Shown piece after piece: positions 51,869 through 62,512 of a stretch of DNA of 64,000 nt. The position numbers and the translations under genes were made by a program. Source of the stretch: Candidatus Heimdallarchaeota archaeon (GTDB lineage Archaea; Asgardarchaeota; Heimdallarchaeia; Hodarchaeales; Hodarchaeaceae); the NCBI GenBank assembly GCA_011364965.1, contig RDOB01000001.1:128001-192000 (forward strand). Reading direction: 5' to 3'. How positions within the stretch are numbered: the first letter of the stretch is position 1; every line of letters starts with the position of its first letter. The notes under the pieces are model-generated. The model had not been told where the DNA came from. It searched no databases and was given only the letters and a program-made list of their open reading frames with translations.

Positions 51869-52160
51869 AAATATTTCCTCAATATGACTCTAGTAAAGCA
51901 ATAAGAATGGATTCTTTGATATTTTCAAATGCTATTATCATTTAAATGATTTTATTTTTCAATTATGACAATCAGAATACGGTAGGCTCATTAGAGAGAG
52001 GTCAGTGAAAACAGTAAAATTAACAGTATCAGGCGAAACTGATCATCCTTTATCTCTCTTTTTTGGATTTCTGTGATCAATTTAAACTAAAACAATATAA
52101 TGTAAGAATACCAAGACAAATAAATATTAATACAAATAATAATAACTTTGGAGATAGAAA

Positions 52161-53216
52161 TTGCCAATCAGATTCATTTCAAATTCATTATCAAAGAAAC
52201 ACTCAAACGGTAGGTTCCATCCAGAATCCGCACAGCGTATTGAAGTTCTAGAAGATTGGATTAAAAATTCTCAAGGAAAAAAAATTACACTTGAAATATT
52301 AGATCAATTTGCACCAAAAGAAGATATTCTCTCAACACATTCTGAAAACCTCTATGAATTGATTGCCAAGACAAAAGGTATCTCAGGTCATTTTTATTTT
52401 GATGCAGATACTACAGCGAATGATTATACTTTTGACGCAGCTAGACAAGCTGTAGCTGTTGGAAAGAAGGCAATCTGGGAAAGTACTAATCAAAATAGTA
52501 TTTTTGCTCTAGTTCGGCCTCCTGGACATCATGCAACGCGAACTAGTCCTCAAGGGTTTTGTATTTTCAATAATGTTGCCATTGCAGTTGAATTAGCAAT
52601 AAAAGAATCTAAATATGATAAAATTGCTATTATCGATTTTGACCATCATTTTGGTAATGGAACAGCTTACATACATGAAAGAAACCCAAATGTCATGTAT
52701 ATTAGTACGCATGCTGACCCGCGTATCGCTTATCCAGGATGTGGATTTGTTGACGAAATTGGGAAAGGAGAGGGACGAGGATTTAATATTATGATGCCAT
52801 TAGGTTATAGAGCGTCAGAAATTGATATAATTATGGGATTTGAAGAATTAGTTCTACCAATATTGAGACAATTCAAACCTGATTTTTTAGCAATTTCTGC
52901 AGGATTTGATGCATATGAGAAGGATCCTTTAGGAGTACTAGGAGTCTCTACTGAAGGTTTCTCAGTTATAGGTTCCTATATCAGGAATATTGTCTCTGAC
53001 CTTAGAATTCCTTATGCGAATTTTCTTGAAGGAGGATACAACATACAAATGCTGCCTTCCCTTTTATCATCATATATCTTGCCTTTACTTTCAGAAGAAA
53101 TTATAGAGAACGAAAGAATTAGGAATATAAGCAAGTTTGAGGGAGATCCGAGTAACCAAACAAAATCCACAATAAAACAAGCTAAAGAATTATTGAAAGA
53201 TTTTTGGCAAGTTTAA
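52161..53216 (+). CDS. Histone deacetylase-family (class II/AcuC-like) protein
   Basis: HPE, RPPGHHA, GFCIFNN, DFDHHFGNGT, SAGFDA, LEGGY. Confidence 0.93.
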   Translation: MPIRFISNSLSKKHSNGRFHPESAQRIEVLEDWIKNSQGKKITLEILDQFAPKEDILSTHSENLYELIAKTKGISGHFYFDADTTANDYTFDAARQAVAVGKKAIWESTNQNSIFALVRPPGHHATRTSPQGFCIFNNVAIAVELAIKESKYDKIAIIDFDHHFGNGTAYIHERNPNVMYISTHADPRIAYPGCGFVDEIGKGEGRGFNIMMPLGYRASEIDIIMGFEELVLPILRQFKPDFLAISAGFDAYEKDPLGVLGVSTEGFSVIGSYIRNIVSDLRIPYANFLEGGYNIQMLPSLLSSYILPLLSEEIIENERIRNISKFEGDPSNQTKSTIKQAKELLKDFWQV

Positions 53217-53229
53217 TCATTTTATTACT

Positions 53230-54324
53230 TCAAGTTTCCCATGAAGTCGGATATCTAAGTAACGCCAAAACTCCCCCAAATGTTTTCATTCGCTTTGCGT
53301 TTTCACCTTGTGACGAAATAATCACGATTTTTCCTCGGGTTTTTTCAATTTCCTTCAGAATCTGTTGAACTTGTATTGAGCTATCCTTTACGCGTAGTAT
53401 GGTATCAAGAATGATTAAAGTCTCAATCGCCCCTGAGGTTGACAATTTTTCAACTTCATTTAGCCCATAAGTTATGTCTTGCGATCCTTGATTCATTCTT
53501 TTAAAAAATTCATCAATTAAATGTCCTTCCTCTAGGAAACGAAAATCCTTAGCAATTTTATCTATAATATCCATTTTTAGCAGCTCGGAAAGTCCAACAC
53601 GATTCCCTCCGCTCACAGATCCAGCTACTACTATATTTACATCCTTAAAAGTAGGTTTATCCTTTAAAAATGAATATAATTCTTCTTTAACAAATCCAGG
53701 CCCTCCAATAATAATATTTTTTGTTTGGGGTAACACTTGACGATTTATCAGATCAGTTATCTGATCAAGAAATGTTTGTTGTTGTTTGGTTCTAATTTTT
53801 TCTTTTGAACGTTTTCTTGATATGTGAGACTTCTCGTGCATAATGATATCCAATTTAAAATTATCTAGAATACCAATACAAACCTCTGCTTTGTCAACTG
53901 CTATGAGACAAATTTTCGGTTTTTTACTTGCTTCTTCAGCTTCTTCCAGTAATTGCAAATAATATTTGGTCCAGTTTGGTTTAATTATGGTAATAGCTTG
54001 TGATAATTCTAAATTTAAGGTATGGTATGTTCCTATTGAAATATATTGTTCGTTTCCTTCAAAGATTTTTCCCTTTACCCTTAATCTATTGCTTATACTC
54101 TCCTGAAACGCAAAATCTTCAACTTCGACTCCTATTACCATTGTTATACGCTGACTTTCCTCTCCAGACCGACTCTCACTCCCTGATCTCCGAATCCTTC
54201 TTGAAGTTTTAGCTATTACTCTATCACCAATATTTATGACATTTGATAGTATATATAAATCCGTTGAAGTCTCTGGTCGAAGAACAATGTTTTGATTTTT
54301 TAAATCCTTTTTTAAAATTCGCAT
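53230..54324 (-). CDS. pelA: Pelota/Dom34 ribosome rescue factor
   Basis: RLRVKG, GTYHTL, GPGFVK, YG, GGVLALLRY. Confidence 0.93.
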   Translation of the reverse strand: MRILKKDLKNQNIVLRPETSTDLYILSNVINIGDRVIAKTSRRIRRSGSESRSGEESQRITMVIGVEVEDFAFQESISNRLRVKGKIFEGNEQYISIGTYHTLNLELSQAITIIKPNWTKYYLQLLEEAEEASKKPKICLIAVDKAEVCIGILDNFKLDIIMHEKSHISRKRSKEKIRTKQQQTFLDQITDLINRQVLPQTKNIIIGGPGFVKEELYSFLKDKPTFKDVNIVVAGSVSGGNRVGLSELLKMDIIDKIAKDFRFLEEGHLIDEFFKRMNQGSQDITYGLNEVEKLSTSGAIETLIILDTILRVKDSSIQVQQILKEIEKTRGKIVIISSQGENAKRMKTFGGVLALLRYPTSWET

Positions 54325-54364
54325 AAATGTTCACACAATAATAAACAGCAGCTAGTTTTAAATC

Positions 54365-54718
54365 TCAATATAATTTTAAGCCAGAAGTGATTTCTTCAAC
54401 ACTTTTCATTGCATGAGGACCTATTCCTAATGCTGTAGTTGTATTAGGAGGAAGCTGGGTTCGACCTGCATCATCTATTTTCACGATAATAACACCAGTA
54501 GTCTTGAGCTTAGTTTCTATTTCTAATAACTCCTCTTCAGTATCCACTCCCAATATAATCTTTCTTTGACCTGTTCTCCACCACAAAACGAAATCGTTAT
54601 GCTTTTCTTGATAAGCCTTCATAGCTGCTGCTACAGCTGCATGAGAAGCTTGAGCTGCAGCTTTTCCTTTGGACATTCGAAGATCTTTCCGAAGAATTAT
54701 CACTTGCTTATATTCCGT
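54365..54718 (-). CDS. pth2: Peptidyl-tRNA hydrolase Pth2; start assigned to ACG
   Basis: EYKQVIILRKDLRMSKGKAAAQASHA, DAGRTQ, GIGP; GGAGG RBS 7 nt before ACG (the ORF track uses an upstream ATG at 54793). Confidence 0.9.
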   Translation of the reverse strand, partial: TEYKQVIILRKDLRMSKGKAAAQASHAAVAAAMKAYQEKHNDFVLWWRTGQRKIILGVDTEEELLEIETKLKTTGVIIVKIDDAGRTQLPPNTTTALGIGPHAMKSVEEITSGLKLY

Positions 54719-55012
54719 TAAGAGTCCTCCTTTAATTTCTAATTCAATGCGCTTGGAACTGAATTTCTCAGTGAGGTACATGCACATCATCAATAAACTC
54801 TTATGGTGTCCAGACCAGAGTTTATCATCAGTATAGGTCAGTATTCATCATTGTGAAGTTTATCTAGTTCCAAATATTGTCAATCATTCACTTGGGGAAA
54901 GATCAAGATTATAAATAATCTAATTACACTATCAACTGATGCTATTTTCTATAGGTTTCTAAAAGTATGTAATTTAAACTTCGATATAGCAAAGAAAAGA
55001 ACTTATTTTACT

Positions 55013-55531
55013 TTAATTTACCAGTTCTTCGCCTTTGGTTATTTTAATTTTGGAGGGTCTTGGAAATTTTGCTTTTCCTCTTCTTAAAGCGTCTTTCGCG
55101 ATATTCACATATTCGGGTTTTGTCCTAATAAAGAGAACTCTATCATTTTCATATACTCGAGCAGAGACACTAACTATTTTACCAAAAGATAATCGCATCC
55201 CATTTTGTATACGATCAGCACCTGCACCTGTCATCATCTTATTTTCTCTCATACGGTGATGGGGATAAACGCATACCCTATAATGATAGTTTTCTCTACC
55301 TATCTTCCTTGTAAGATATCTATTTACATGAATACGAGCTGCTTCAAGGGCATTGTGGGAAATTTGACATCTTTCTCTCATAAAAACTGAAACTTCAACA
55401 GGAAAATCGGTTCCAGGGGATCCGAAGTCAAAAGATTTAATCTTTGGTTCTGGTCCGCCTTTAATATACTTTTTTCTAGTATAAGCTGGTCTGTCGATGC
55501 GACTGTAACAATATGCTGGTCTTTTTCCCAT
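55013..55531 (-). CDS. rpl10e: Ribosomal protein uL16 (L10e)
   Basis: RPAYCY, ALEAARI, RENKMMTGAGADRIQNGMR. Confidence 0.97.
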   Translation of the reverse strand: MGKRPAYCYSRIDRPAYTRKKYIKGGPEPKIKSFDFGSPGTDFPVEVSVFMRERCQISHNALEAARIHVNRYLTRKIGRENYHYRVCVYPHHRMRENKMMTGAGADRIQNGMRLSFGKIVSVSARVYENDRVLFIRTKPEYVNIAKDALRRGKAKFPRPSKIKITKGEELVN

Positions 55532-55820
55532 CAAATATCAACTCATCTGTTTTTTTCAGTCCTTTTAGATTAAACCATGATTTATCAGGGACAAAAAAGA
55601 CTGAAATCTCTTCATGATGCTCGATTTCTCTGTCAATTTTAAACTTACTCAGTCTATTTATGATAGTTTTCGCCCGAATGGATATGATCCAATTATCATT
55701 CTTTCTTTAAGTCTCTAAAAAATCTTAAATAGCGCCTTCGTCTATGCTACTTTAATATAATCAGGATGATAATCAAAAAGATTTCAGTACTGGTAAAAAT
55801 ATTAGGATGAGGTTTAATTA

Positions 55821-56039
55821 TTGGTGGAGATTCCAAAGTCTTCAATAGATAGAATCATTCGAAAAGGAGGAGGACAACGTGTGGCAAAATCTGCAATTAA
55901 TGCATTACAAAAAGAACTCGAGGAATACGGGATATCTATCGTCCAACTTGCTGTCGAAATATCAAGATATGCAGGGAAAAAAACTATTGATGAAAAGGAT
56001 ATTAGATTAGCATTAAGAAAGAGGAGATTAGAACAGTAA
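55821..56039 (+). CDS. Archaeal histone (HMf-like fold)
   Basis: EIPKSSIDRIIRK..RVAKSA...AGKKTIDEKDI. Confidence 0.9.
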   Translation: MVEIPKSSIDRIIRKGGGQRVAKSAINALQKELEEYGISIVQLAVEISRYAGKKTIDEKDIRLALRKRRLEQ

Positions 56040-56507
56040 TAATCTATTTCCATTTAATAAGTGATTTCGATTCAGTATCATCCTTTGTTTACACTGAGCT
56101 TAACCTTAAGCTTAAAATCTTTGTAAGACATTCTCTTTATTGAGAGCATTTAGAATAGATCCTAGTCCTGCTGGAATATTCATTCATTTGCTCAATTAAA
56201 GGAGTCTTATTGGCTCAAATTGAAACCATAATAAGAGAAAGAAACAATTCAAGACCAAAATGAGATTGATCATATGTTTCTTTCTTTTTAAAGTAATAAT
56301 TCAGCTTAAATCATTCAATGATAATATGAGACATTATTTAGACAAGTTAAATAAAAAGAACTACATATCATACTTACCACTTTACTCCTATCATCTTAAA
56401 ATTTAATTTATAATCTTAAATTCCGAAAAAACGTACTTTAATGGCAGTAAACGGTGGAGGATGTACTATGTAGTTTCATTTTATCTTGCACCATTGGAGG
56501 TGAAACA

Positions 56508-57749
56508 ATGGTTAATGAAGAGGATATCGATACAAGTACAGTAAAATACTTAATTCATGAAAAATTTAGCATAAATGGCGTTGCAGAACGTTCTGATATT
56601 ATAGGGGCTCTTTTTGGCCAAACAGAAGGCTTAATTGGCGAGGGGCTTGATTTAAGAGAACTTCAGAAAACTTCAAGGATAGGAAGAATTGCAGTTAATC
56701 TCCAATATCAGAAACGGCAAAGAAAAACGACAGGTACAATTATTGTACCGTCCTCATTAGATCGTGTAGAAACAGCTTTGTTAGCTGCTGCATTAGAAAC
56801 TGTTGATAGAGTAGGCCCTTGTGTTGGCAAGATTACGCTTCAAAAAATCGAAGATGTACGAGAAAGTAAGCGCAGACAAATAATCTTACGAGCTTCTAGA
56901 ATTTTAAAAAGTTGGGATCAAGAGGTAACCCCAGATTCGACTTCAGTGCTTGAGGAAGTACTTAAAGAGGCTCGAGTCAGTATTATTCAAAAGTATGGAA
57001 AAGAAGGAATCCCTTCTGGTCCTGGTATTGAAGACAGTGATAACCTAATAATTGTAGAAGGAAGAGCTGATGTCGTAAATCTTCTGAAGCACGGATTTAG
57101 GAACGTTATTGCAGTTCAGGGAACTAACGTTCCTCCTGAAGTTATTGAATTAACTAGAAAAAAGGTGACAACTGCATTTCTAGATGGTGATCATGGAGGA
57201 GAATTAATTTTACGCGAGTTAATTCATCTTTCAGATCTGGATTATGTAGCTCGGGCACCCCCAAATCGTGAGGTAGAAGAGCTTTCTAGTAAAGAGATTT
57301 TAAAGTCCCTAAGAACCAAAATACCTATCGAACAGATAATGAAAGAGATGAATATCACCATAGAAGGTACAGAGGATGAATTTGCTATAACAGATCCAGA
57401 GATAGAAACCAAGGATGTTCCAATAATTGTAAGTTCAGATAAAGTTGTAGAAAAGTTTTCTGGTAAAATTCCGCACAAATTCGCGAATTTGGTGGAAAAT
57501 CTACCAGAACAAGAAGCAATTCTCATTGGAGCTGACTTGGAAATAATACAAGAACATGTACCAATTAGTGAATTAAGAAATACAATTATTGAAACAGATA
57601 ATGTTGAAGCAGTTATATTTGATGGCATAATTACTCAACGGTTATTGGACATCGCTACAGAACGAGGAATAACAATAATTATCGGAGCTAAGCAGCACGA
57701 TATAACCAAAAAGCCATTAGATATTGATATTTATACTTTTTCTACTTAG
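56508..57749 (+). CDS. dnaG: Archaeal DnaG (TOPRIM; exosome-associated)
   Basis: GALFGQTEGL, VEGRADV, FLDGDHGG, FDGIITQRL; GGAGGTGA RBS before ATG 56508. Confidence 0.95.
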   Translation: MVNEEDIDTSTVKYLIHEKFSINGVAERSDIIGALFGQTEGLIGEGLDLRELQKTSRIGRIAVNLQYQKRQRKTTGTIIVPSSLDRVETALLAAALETVDRVGPCVGKITLQKIEDVRESKRRQIILRASRILKSWDQEVTPDSTSVLEEVLKEARVSIIQKYGKEGIPSGPGIEDSDNLIIVEGRADVVNLLKHGFRNVIAVQGTNVPPEVIELTRKKVTTAFLDGDHGGELILRELIHLSDLDYVARAPPNREVEELSSKEILKSLRTKIPIEQIMKEMNITIEGTEDEFAITDPEIETKDVPIIVSSDKVVEKFSGKIPHKFANLVENLPEQEAILIGADLEIIQEHVPISELRNTIIETDNVEAVIFDGIITQRLLDIATERGITIIIGAKQHDITKKPLDIDIYTFST

Positions 57750-57774
57750 AACAGAAGCTTACATGAGATTTTCT

Positions 57775-58140
57775 TTGAAGCAGGTTTAGCAGGACACCTG
57801 TTTCCTCTTTTTTTAAAAATGGAATGGATCTGTTGCCCTGAACACTAACTCTTCGACCACACGTATGGTTAACTTACCTTTTTCAGTCGAGTTCTCTTGT
57901 GAAGGGCGTTTCTTGATCCGATTTCGTCTTTAATGCTAAAAAAATTAGCAGGAAAGATCATTCCTGTCGCTTAGGAGGGTTGACCCTTACGCTCATTGTA
58001 TAGGATGACACATCCAGACTCAGGCGAGAGCCCGTCTCCTAATCTTCTTGGATCAAAATGCTCTGGATGTAACTGCTAGTTTGCACCAAAATTCATGAAT
58101 CCTCTGGTCCTCGATAACAGTGTATTTCTCCTTCACAGCG
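57775..58140. ncRNA. Candidate structured non-coding RNA of unknown class
   Basis: No ORF; GC above the intergenic background; several nested complementary pairs and a 9-bp pseudoknot pair; TATA-like TTTTAAAG at 58161-58168 would drive the minus strand. Confidence 0.4.
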
Positions 58141-58337
58141 AATTATCTAAAATTTCTATCCTTTAAAACATTATTCATCCCATTTAAATAAGCTCTCTCC
58201 TATATGGATTTTAATGTCGTGGGTTTGGCACACGAACTCTCTTTTTATATGCATTAATCAGGTTAGTTTTTTAAATTAGGAAAAATTGCTTTTTCCCAAT
58301 ATTTTATAGAAGCTAATCAGAGGAACTACAGATCATT

Positions 58338-58799
58338 TTGTATTTTAAAAAAATTGGAGTAGGTGGAACCTTTGATCGTCTCCATTTAGGACACAAGCTG
58401 ATTCTTGATATTGCCTCATTTTATAGCGAAATAATTCACATTGGCTTAATTACAAAAGAATATCTTGAAATCAAAAGGAAAATTTTAGGAGAAATGATTG
58501 AACCTTTCGAAGAAAGGGGAAGGAAGCTCAAGAATTATATTTCAACGCGAAATAGAGTTACTCAGATCACACCTATATGCAAAATTAACGAAGATAGGGA
58601 GCTAGCTATCAATAGTGATATTAATGCGTTAATTGTATCACAAGAAACGTTTCCAGGCGCACTTGTAATAAATAAAAGTAGGAAATCAAGGGGAAAACAA
58701 GATTTAACTATCATTGTGTTACCTTATGTTCTTCAAGAGGATAAAAGTGTGATAAGGAGTACCAAAATCAGACAATCACTTTTTCAATCGGTAGATTAA
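58338..58799 (+). CDS. coaD: Phosphopantetheine adenylyltransferase (archaeal/eukaryotic type)
   Basis: GGTFDRLHLGH, IVSQET, IN..R, STKIR. Confidence 0.9.
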   Translation: MYFKKIGVGGTFDRLHLGHKLILDIASFYSEIIHIGLITKEYLEIKRKILGEMIEPFEERGRKLKNYISTRNRVTQITPICKINEDRELAINSDINALIVSQETFPGALVINKSRKSRGKQDLTIIVLPYVLQEDKSVIRSTKIRQSLFQSVD

Positions 58800-59041
58800 T
58801 AAAATTAATAGAAGAACTCATCCGAACTCAAGATCATCATCATTTAAGGCAAATTCAGAACGAATTCAAACTTATCTGTAGGGCTAGAGCCGTCATCAAG
58901 TCCTTCCAATATTAAAACTAGATTCTAGTTTTTAAAATCTCTGTTTTTCTAATTACGTATATTATTCAGATTTTAATCTAATACAAAATATCCTTTAGCA
59001 TGAAATATAATGTTCTTATTCAGTAGGAGACATAACTAATC

Positions 59042-60235
59042 ATGGATCCGATTTTATTCCTCATCATTATCGCCCTCAGCTGGATAACTTTAAATTCAGT
59101 TACAAAAATACAATGGTTAAAACTAAAAAATCCAGAAATAGGCCTAGGATATGCTTACTATCGCACAACAAAATTAAATTCACTTATCAATCAAATTGCA
59201 CAACGAGGAAAAAAAATTTGGAGATTTATTTGGGACGTAGGAGTAATTTCTGGGTTAGGAATATTAATAATTGGACTTATCATTTTTACGTTGAACATTC
59301 CACTTTTCTTCTTGCAAACCCCAGACAGTACCAATGCTCCTATCGCAGTAACTCCAGTAATTCCTGGAATAACGGTCTCTTTTCAATCTCTTCCTTATTT
59401 TTTAGTCGCAATTATGATTGGAGCCATTGCTCATGAATTTGGACATGGGATTGCAGCAAGAGTTGAAGATGTCAAGTTAAAAAGTACGGGGATCTTTGTA
59501 TTTCTTGTATTCTTCGGTGCATTTGTAGAACCTGATGAAAATAGCATTAAAACCAAATCTAGGAGATCTATATTGAGAATAACATCTGCTGGTGCACTAG
59601 CTAATATGGTGATTGCAATGATTACCTTAGCAATACTTATAGTACCTATTGGATTTCCTATCTTAATAGCTCCCTTCTACAAGACTGAATCAAGTGGAGC
59701 ATTGATTATCGAAACAATTTCAGATAATCCAGCACAATTAGCGGGTTTGAAACCAGGCTATGCAATTATCGCGATAGAATCTGCAGAGGGTATAACAGAA
59801 ATTAGTTCTGCAACTGATTTTCATATATTTACCAACACCTCTGTCTTGCCTAATCAAAATCTAACTTTTTATTTTGCTAATAAGATTGACCCTATTTCAC
59901 TTCAAACTGTCCCTAGGGAGGATAATCCAAGTAAAGGATTTATTGGTATTCGAACATGGGAGTATTTTGAACCTAATTTCTTGGAACCATCTTCACTTGC
60001 CAATCTCATCCCTTATTGGATTTTCAATACGATTTTATATGTATTTATGTTAAATCTGATGTTTGCTTTGATGAATTTATTACCTATTCCTTTTCTAGAT
60101 GGTGATAGGCTATTGAACTCATTTCTAGGACCTAAGTATGGGAAATACACTTCCTTCATCCGTTATTTCGCATTGGGTGTCCTTGGACTTAATTTACTCC
60201 TTTCCTTGCTTGTTACAGGTTGGCAACCTATTTGA
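59042..60235 (+). CDS. Site-2 protease (M50) with a PDZ-like domain
   Basis: HEFGH, GAFVEPD, AGALAN, NLLPIPFLDG. Confidence 0.93.
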   Translation: MDPILFLIIIALSWITLNSVTKIQWLKLKNPEIGLGYAYYRTTKLNSLINQIAQRGKKIWRFIWDVGVISGLGILIIGLIIFTLNIPLFFLQTPDSTNAPIAVTPVIPGITVSFQSLPYFLVAIMIGAIAHEFGHGIAARVEDVKLKSTGIFVFLVFFGAFVEPDENSIKTKSRRSILRITSAGALANMVIAMITLAILIVPIGFPILIAPFYKTESSGALIIETISDNPAQLAGLKPGYAIIAIESAEGITEISSATDFHIFTNTSVLPNQNLTFYFANKIDPISLQTVPREDNPSKGFIGIRTWEYFEPNFLEPSSLANLIPYWIFNTILYVFMLNLMFALMNLLPIPFLDGDRLLNSFLGPKYGKYTSFIRYFALGVLGLNLLLSLLVTGWQPI

Positions 60236-60355
60236 GCTCTTTGCTACTTAAATGCAATTTGAAAAATGGAGCATAGCAGTAATCATTAATACCGTAAGAT
60301 AATCATATAAATATATGAAATATCAGTATTAGCTCGGACTTTAAAGTAAGTTCAG

Positions 60356-60964
60356 GTGAAGCACGAAATGCCTTTGGATACCATTTTTTCATTACTTGTA
60401 ACTTATGATTTTATAATCCTCATAATTGGAGGATTATTAGCTGCAGCTTGGTTAACAGTAAGACTTGCAGGCGTGAGTGACGAGGATATCTCAAAAACAG
60501 TTCGAAATCTATCAATTATTGGATTTCCTGTTGGTGTAATCGCTTTGATAACCATAGGAGCAGGAATTTATGTCATATCCAAAGAAATATTGATTCCAGA
60601 GACATTTGACCTTGTAACGGTTATATGTCTTGGTTTGCTTGGATTAGTACTAATCTTACGTCCGATTAAGGACTTCAGATTTGGAGCTTTCCTATCTTTA
60701 GCTATCGGATTATTAGGAGCAGGATTAGTCGTAATGCTGGGAGCAGATTCAGTTAAACTACTAGCTGGAGTGTTTATAATTATTTTTCTAATTATCTATG
60801 GAGCAATAAAAATCTTTGAAGATATGTATCAGCTTATTGCAGAGATCCTAGCTTCGCCATTAGTCTCAGTAAGTATAGGGCTGATTACAATTATACAAGG
60901 TATTTTGCTGATATTTAATCTATCTCTTGGTGGTTTACTTACCTTTTTAGCTTTGAAAGGTTAG
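60356..60964 (+). CDS. Hypothetical polytopic membrane protein
   Basis: About 6 hydrophobic helices. Confidence 0.65.
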   Translation: MKHEMPLDTIFSLLVTYDFIILIIGGLLAAAWLTVRLAGVSDEDISKTVRNLSIIGFPVGVIALITIGAGIYVISKEILIPETFDLVTVICLGLLGLVLILRPIKDFRFGAFLSLAIGLLGAGLVVMLGADSVKLLAGVFIIIFLIIYGAIKIFEDMYQLIAEILASPLVSVSIGLITIIQGILLIFNLSLGGLLTFLALKG

Positions 60965-61467
60965 TTATGAATCTCCAGGCGTACAGGATTATTAGCTATA
61001 AGTTCAGCAATCTGTTTTAGTTGATCAATAGAAAACCTAAGAGAGTTAGGGTCTCCACGAAGAGTGATCTTGAGTTCAATATCACCATCGGGAGGCACAT
61101 AAATTTGGTCTATTTCCACAATATCCAACGGATGGAACAGATCAGCAAAAGTTGTTCTTGTATCTGTTTTTCTTTCAATTATTTCTATTGGAGCACGAAT
61201 TTCAGACTCAATAAACTGGCGAAGCTCAGTATTTTGGATTATTACATTACCATTTCTTGTTAGAAGAAGAATAGATTCATTCATCTGGTGCGCACGATCC
61301 AAAGTTACATTCTGAAGTTGTTTGAGATATCTTTGTTCCGCTCTGGCAAAAACCTTAGATACTTCAACTTCTAGATTAGTAATTTTCCCTTTACGGAGTT
61401 TCTGCTTACATTTTTTGCATAAAACACCAGTTTTAGCACAGAAATTGCATATTGGAGTCGTTACCAC
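60961..61467 (-). CDS. NusA-like KH protein with an N-terminal Cys cluster
   Basis: PICNFCAKTGVLCKKC...LFHP pattern of the archaeal NusA paralog. Confidence 0.7.
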   Translation of the reverse strand: MVTTPICNFCAKTGVLCKKCKQKLRKGKITNLEVEVSKVFARAEQRYLKQLQNVTLDRAHQMNESILLLTRNGNVIIQNTELRQFIESEIRAPIEIIERKTDTRTTFADLFHPLDIVEIDQIYVPPDGDIELKITLRGDPNSLRFSIDQLKQIAELIANNPVRLEIHN

Positions 61468-61567
61468 TAGATAATCCTCAATAATATTATATATTAATTC
61501 AGAGATAGTTTTAATTATCTCATACTAATCTTCTGGGTGTATTTCATTATGATTACTTATTTCTTTT

Positions 61568-62491
61568 CTATAATAAATTCTTCAACACTGCAGCTACTGT
61601 ATGCAAACGATTCTCTGCCTCATCAAACACGACAGAATTAGGGCCATAAATTACTTCATCTGTAACTTCTTCTTTATGCCGTGGAAGGCAATGCATAAAA
61701 ATGAAATCACTTTTTGCGTAGCTAGTTAAACTAGAATTTACTTGGAAAGCTTTGAATTTTTCCAATTTTTCCTTTGCTTGTTCCTCTTGTCCCATTGAAA
61801 TAAATGTATCCGTGACAACCACATTTGCCCCTTTGACGGATTGAAACGGATCGTAAGTTAAGGAAATCTGTCCACTTTGAGATTGTAAACCCCTGCAATA
61901 GCTGATAACATCTGGGTCAGGTTCATATCCCTCTGGTGTCGCGATAGACATGTTAATCCCCATTTTTACGGCAGCTACCATTAAAGAATGACAAACGTTA
62001 TTGCCATCACCGATCCAAGCGATTTTTATGCCCTCAAGTCTTCCAAGGTGTTCTTCAATTGTTAATAGATCTGCAAGAGCTTGAAGAGGATGATATTGAT
62101 CCGACAGAGCGTTTATAACGGGAATTCCTGAATATTTAGCTAATGCTACCACATCCTCATGGTTGAATACTCTAGCGAGTATACCAGAAACCATTCTACC
62201 GAGGACTTTTGCGGTATCATAGAGAGATTCATTAACACCTAGCTGAATATCATCTTTTCCTAGGAATAAAGCGTGACCACCCAACTCAACCATTGCAGTT
62301 TCAGTTGAAACTCGTGTGCGAGTGGATCGTTTCTGAAAGATCATCCCCAAGGTCTTCCCTAGAAGAGGTTGGGTTTTGATTATCTTATTCCGATTTTTCT
62401 TAAATTCCAAAGATTCGTCAAGAAGAAACCTAATCTCACTTTTGGTCAAGTCTTTTAAGGTTAAGATTGACCTACCCTTTAGATTTATCAT
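61568..62491 (-). CDS. argF: Ornithine carbamoyltransferase
   Basis: STRTR, HPLQ, GDGNNV, SMG, HCLP, EAENR. Confidence 0.95.
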   Translation of the reverse strand: MINLKGRSILTLKDLTKSEIRFLLDESLEFKKNRNKIIKTQPLLGKTLGMIFQKRSTRTRVSTETAMVELGGHALFLGKDDIQLGVNESLYDTAKVLGRMVSGILARVFNHEDVVALAKYSGIPVINALSDQYHPLQALADLLTIEEHLGRLEGIKIAWIGDGNNVCHSLMVAAVKMGINMSIATPEGYEPDPDVISYCRGLQSQSGQISLTYDPFQSVKGANVVVTDTFISMGQEEQAKEKLEKFKAFQVNSSLTSYAKSDFIFMHCLPRHKEEVTDEVIYGPNSVVFDEAENRLHTVAAVLKNLL

Positions 62492-62512
62492 TTCATTTCA
62501 CTCTTGTCTTTT

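Noticed and set aside
52161-56039. Histone plus deacetylase as a chromatin-modification module
   Set aside because: The genes are separated by unrelated translation genes, the histone has no N-terminal tail, and this deacetylase family is widespread in prokaryotes with other substrates.
57749-58140. RNase P RNA
   Set aside because: Short look-alike words (GAGGAAAC, GCAACAGA, GAAACG, GGTGCAA) occur on the minus strand but in reverse order and without a P4 pairing, so it was left as an unknown ncRNA candidate.
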